NCBI GenBank assembly: GCA_048213135.1 | Contig: PS015022.1 | Span: forward strand, 190,638-226,248 | Length of the DNA: 35,611 nt | Source of the DNA: Reclinomonas americana ATCC 50394 | Taxonomy: Eukaryota | Direction: 5' to 3' | In this document: piece by piece, positions 35,422-35,611 of the stretch | Position numbering within the stretch: position 1 is the stretch's first letter | How the letters are laid out: the number at the start of each line of letters is the position of its first letter | Made by a program: the position numbers and the translations under genes | Notes under the pieces: model-generated | Databases searched by the model: none | The model's input: the letters and a program-made list of their open reading frames with translations, nothing else | Told to the model about the DNA's origin: nothing

Positions 35422-35611
35422 TGAGTGAGTGAGTGCGAGAGGTTGCTCACACTGTCTCTCTCCTCGTCACCTCTGGCTGCCTGCATGTCGCTCCGTCTCA
35501 TGTTTTCTGTTTTTCATCCTCTCTCTCTCTCTGTGTGTGCCTGTATGCATGTCTCTCACTTGCCAGTTGTCTGTTTCTTTTGCATTCCGTCTCTTGCTGG
35601 TGGTGCTGTCT

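Noticed and set aside
1-35611. Alternative genetic code or stop-codon readthrough
   Set aside because: In-frame stops are removed by GT-AG introns, and genes end in TAA, TAG and TGA.
1-35611. U12-type introns
   Set aside because: No RTATCCTT donors or AT-AC ends were seen.

Overview
This is a eukaryotic, gene-dense draft scaffold from a probable protist (taxon not determinable), with short GT-AG introns of mostly 60-95 nt and three N-gaps. I built about 10 gene models by hand by reading frame continuity: an FKBP15-like C-terminus, a secreted Arg/Asp-block protein, a vitellogenin/LLTP-like protein, a 4CL-like AMP ligase, an isochorismatase-AlkB-GST fusion, two tandem NLR-like STAND-TPR paralogs, a class 3 lipase whose 5' exons lie inverted between gaps, and 2-3 unknown ORFs. 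The main signal is two classes of 5' splice site. About three quarters of donors are ordinary (G|GTNNGY). About a quarter (~27 of ~105) are shifted by one base (H|GTTNNG, mostly GTTGCG(T)) and occur only after an exon ending in A, C or T. All gene models and counts are manual and lack transcript support.
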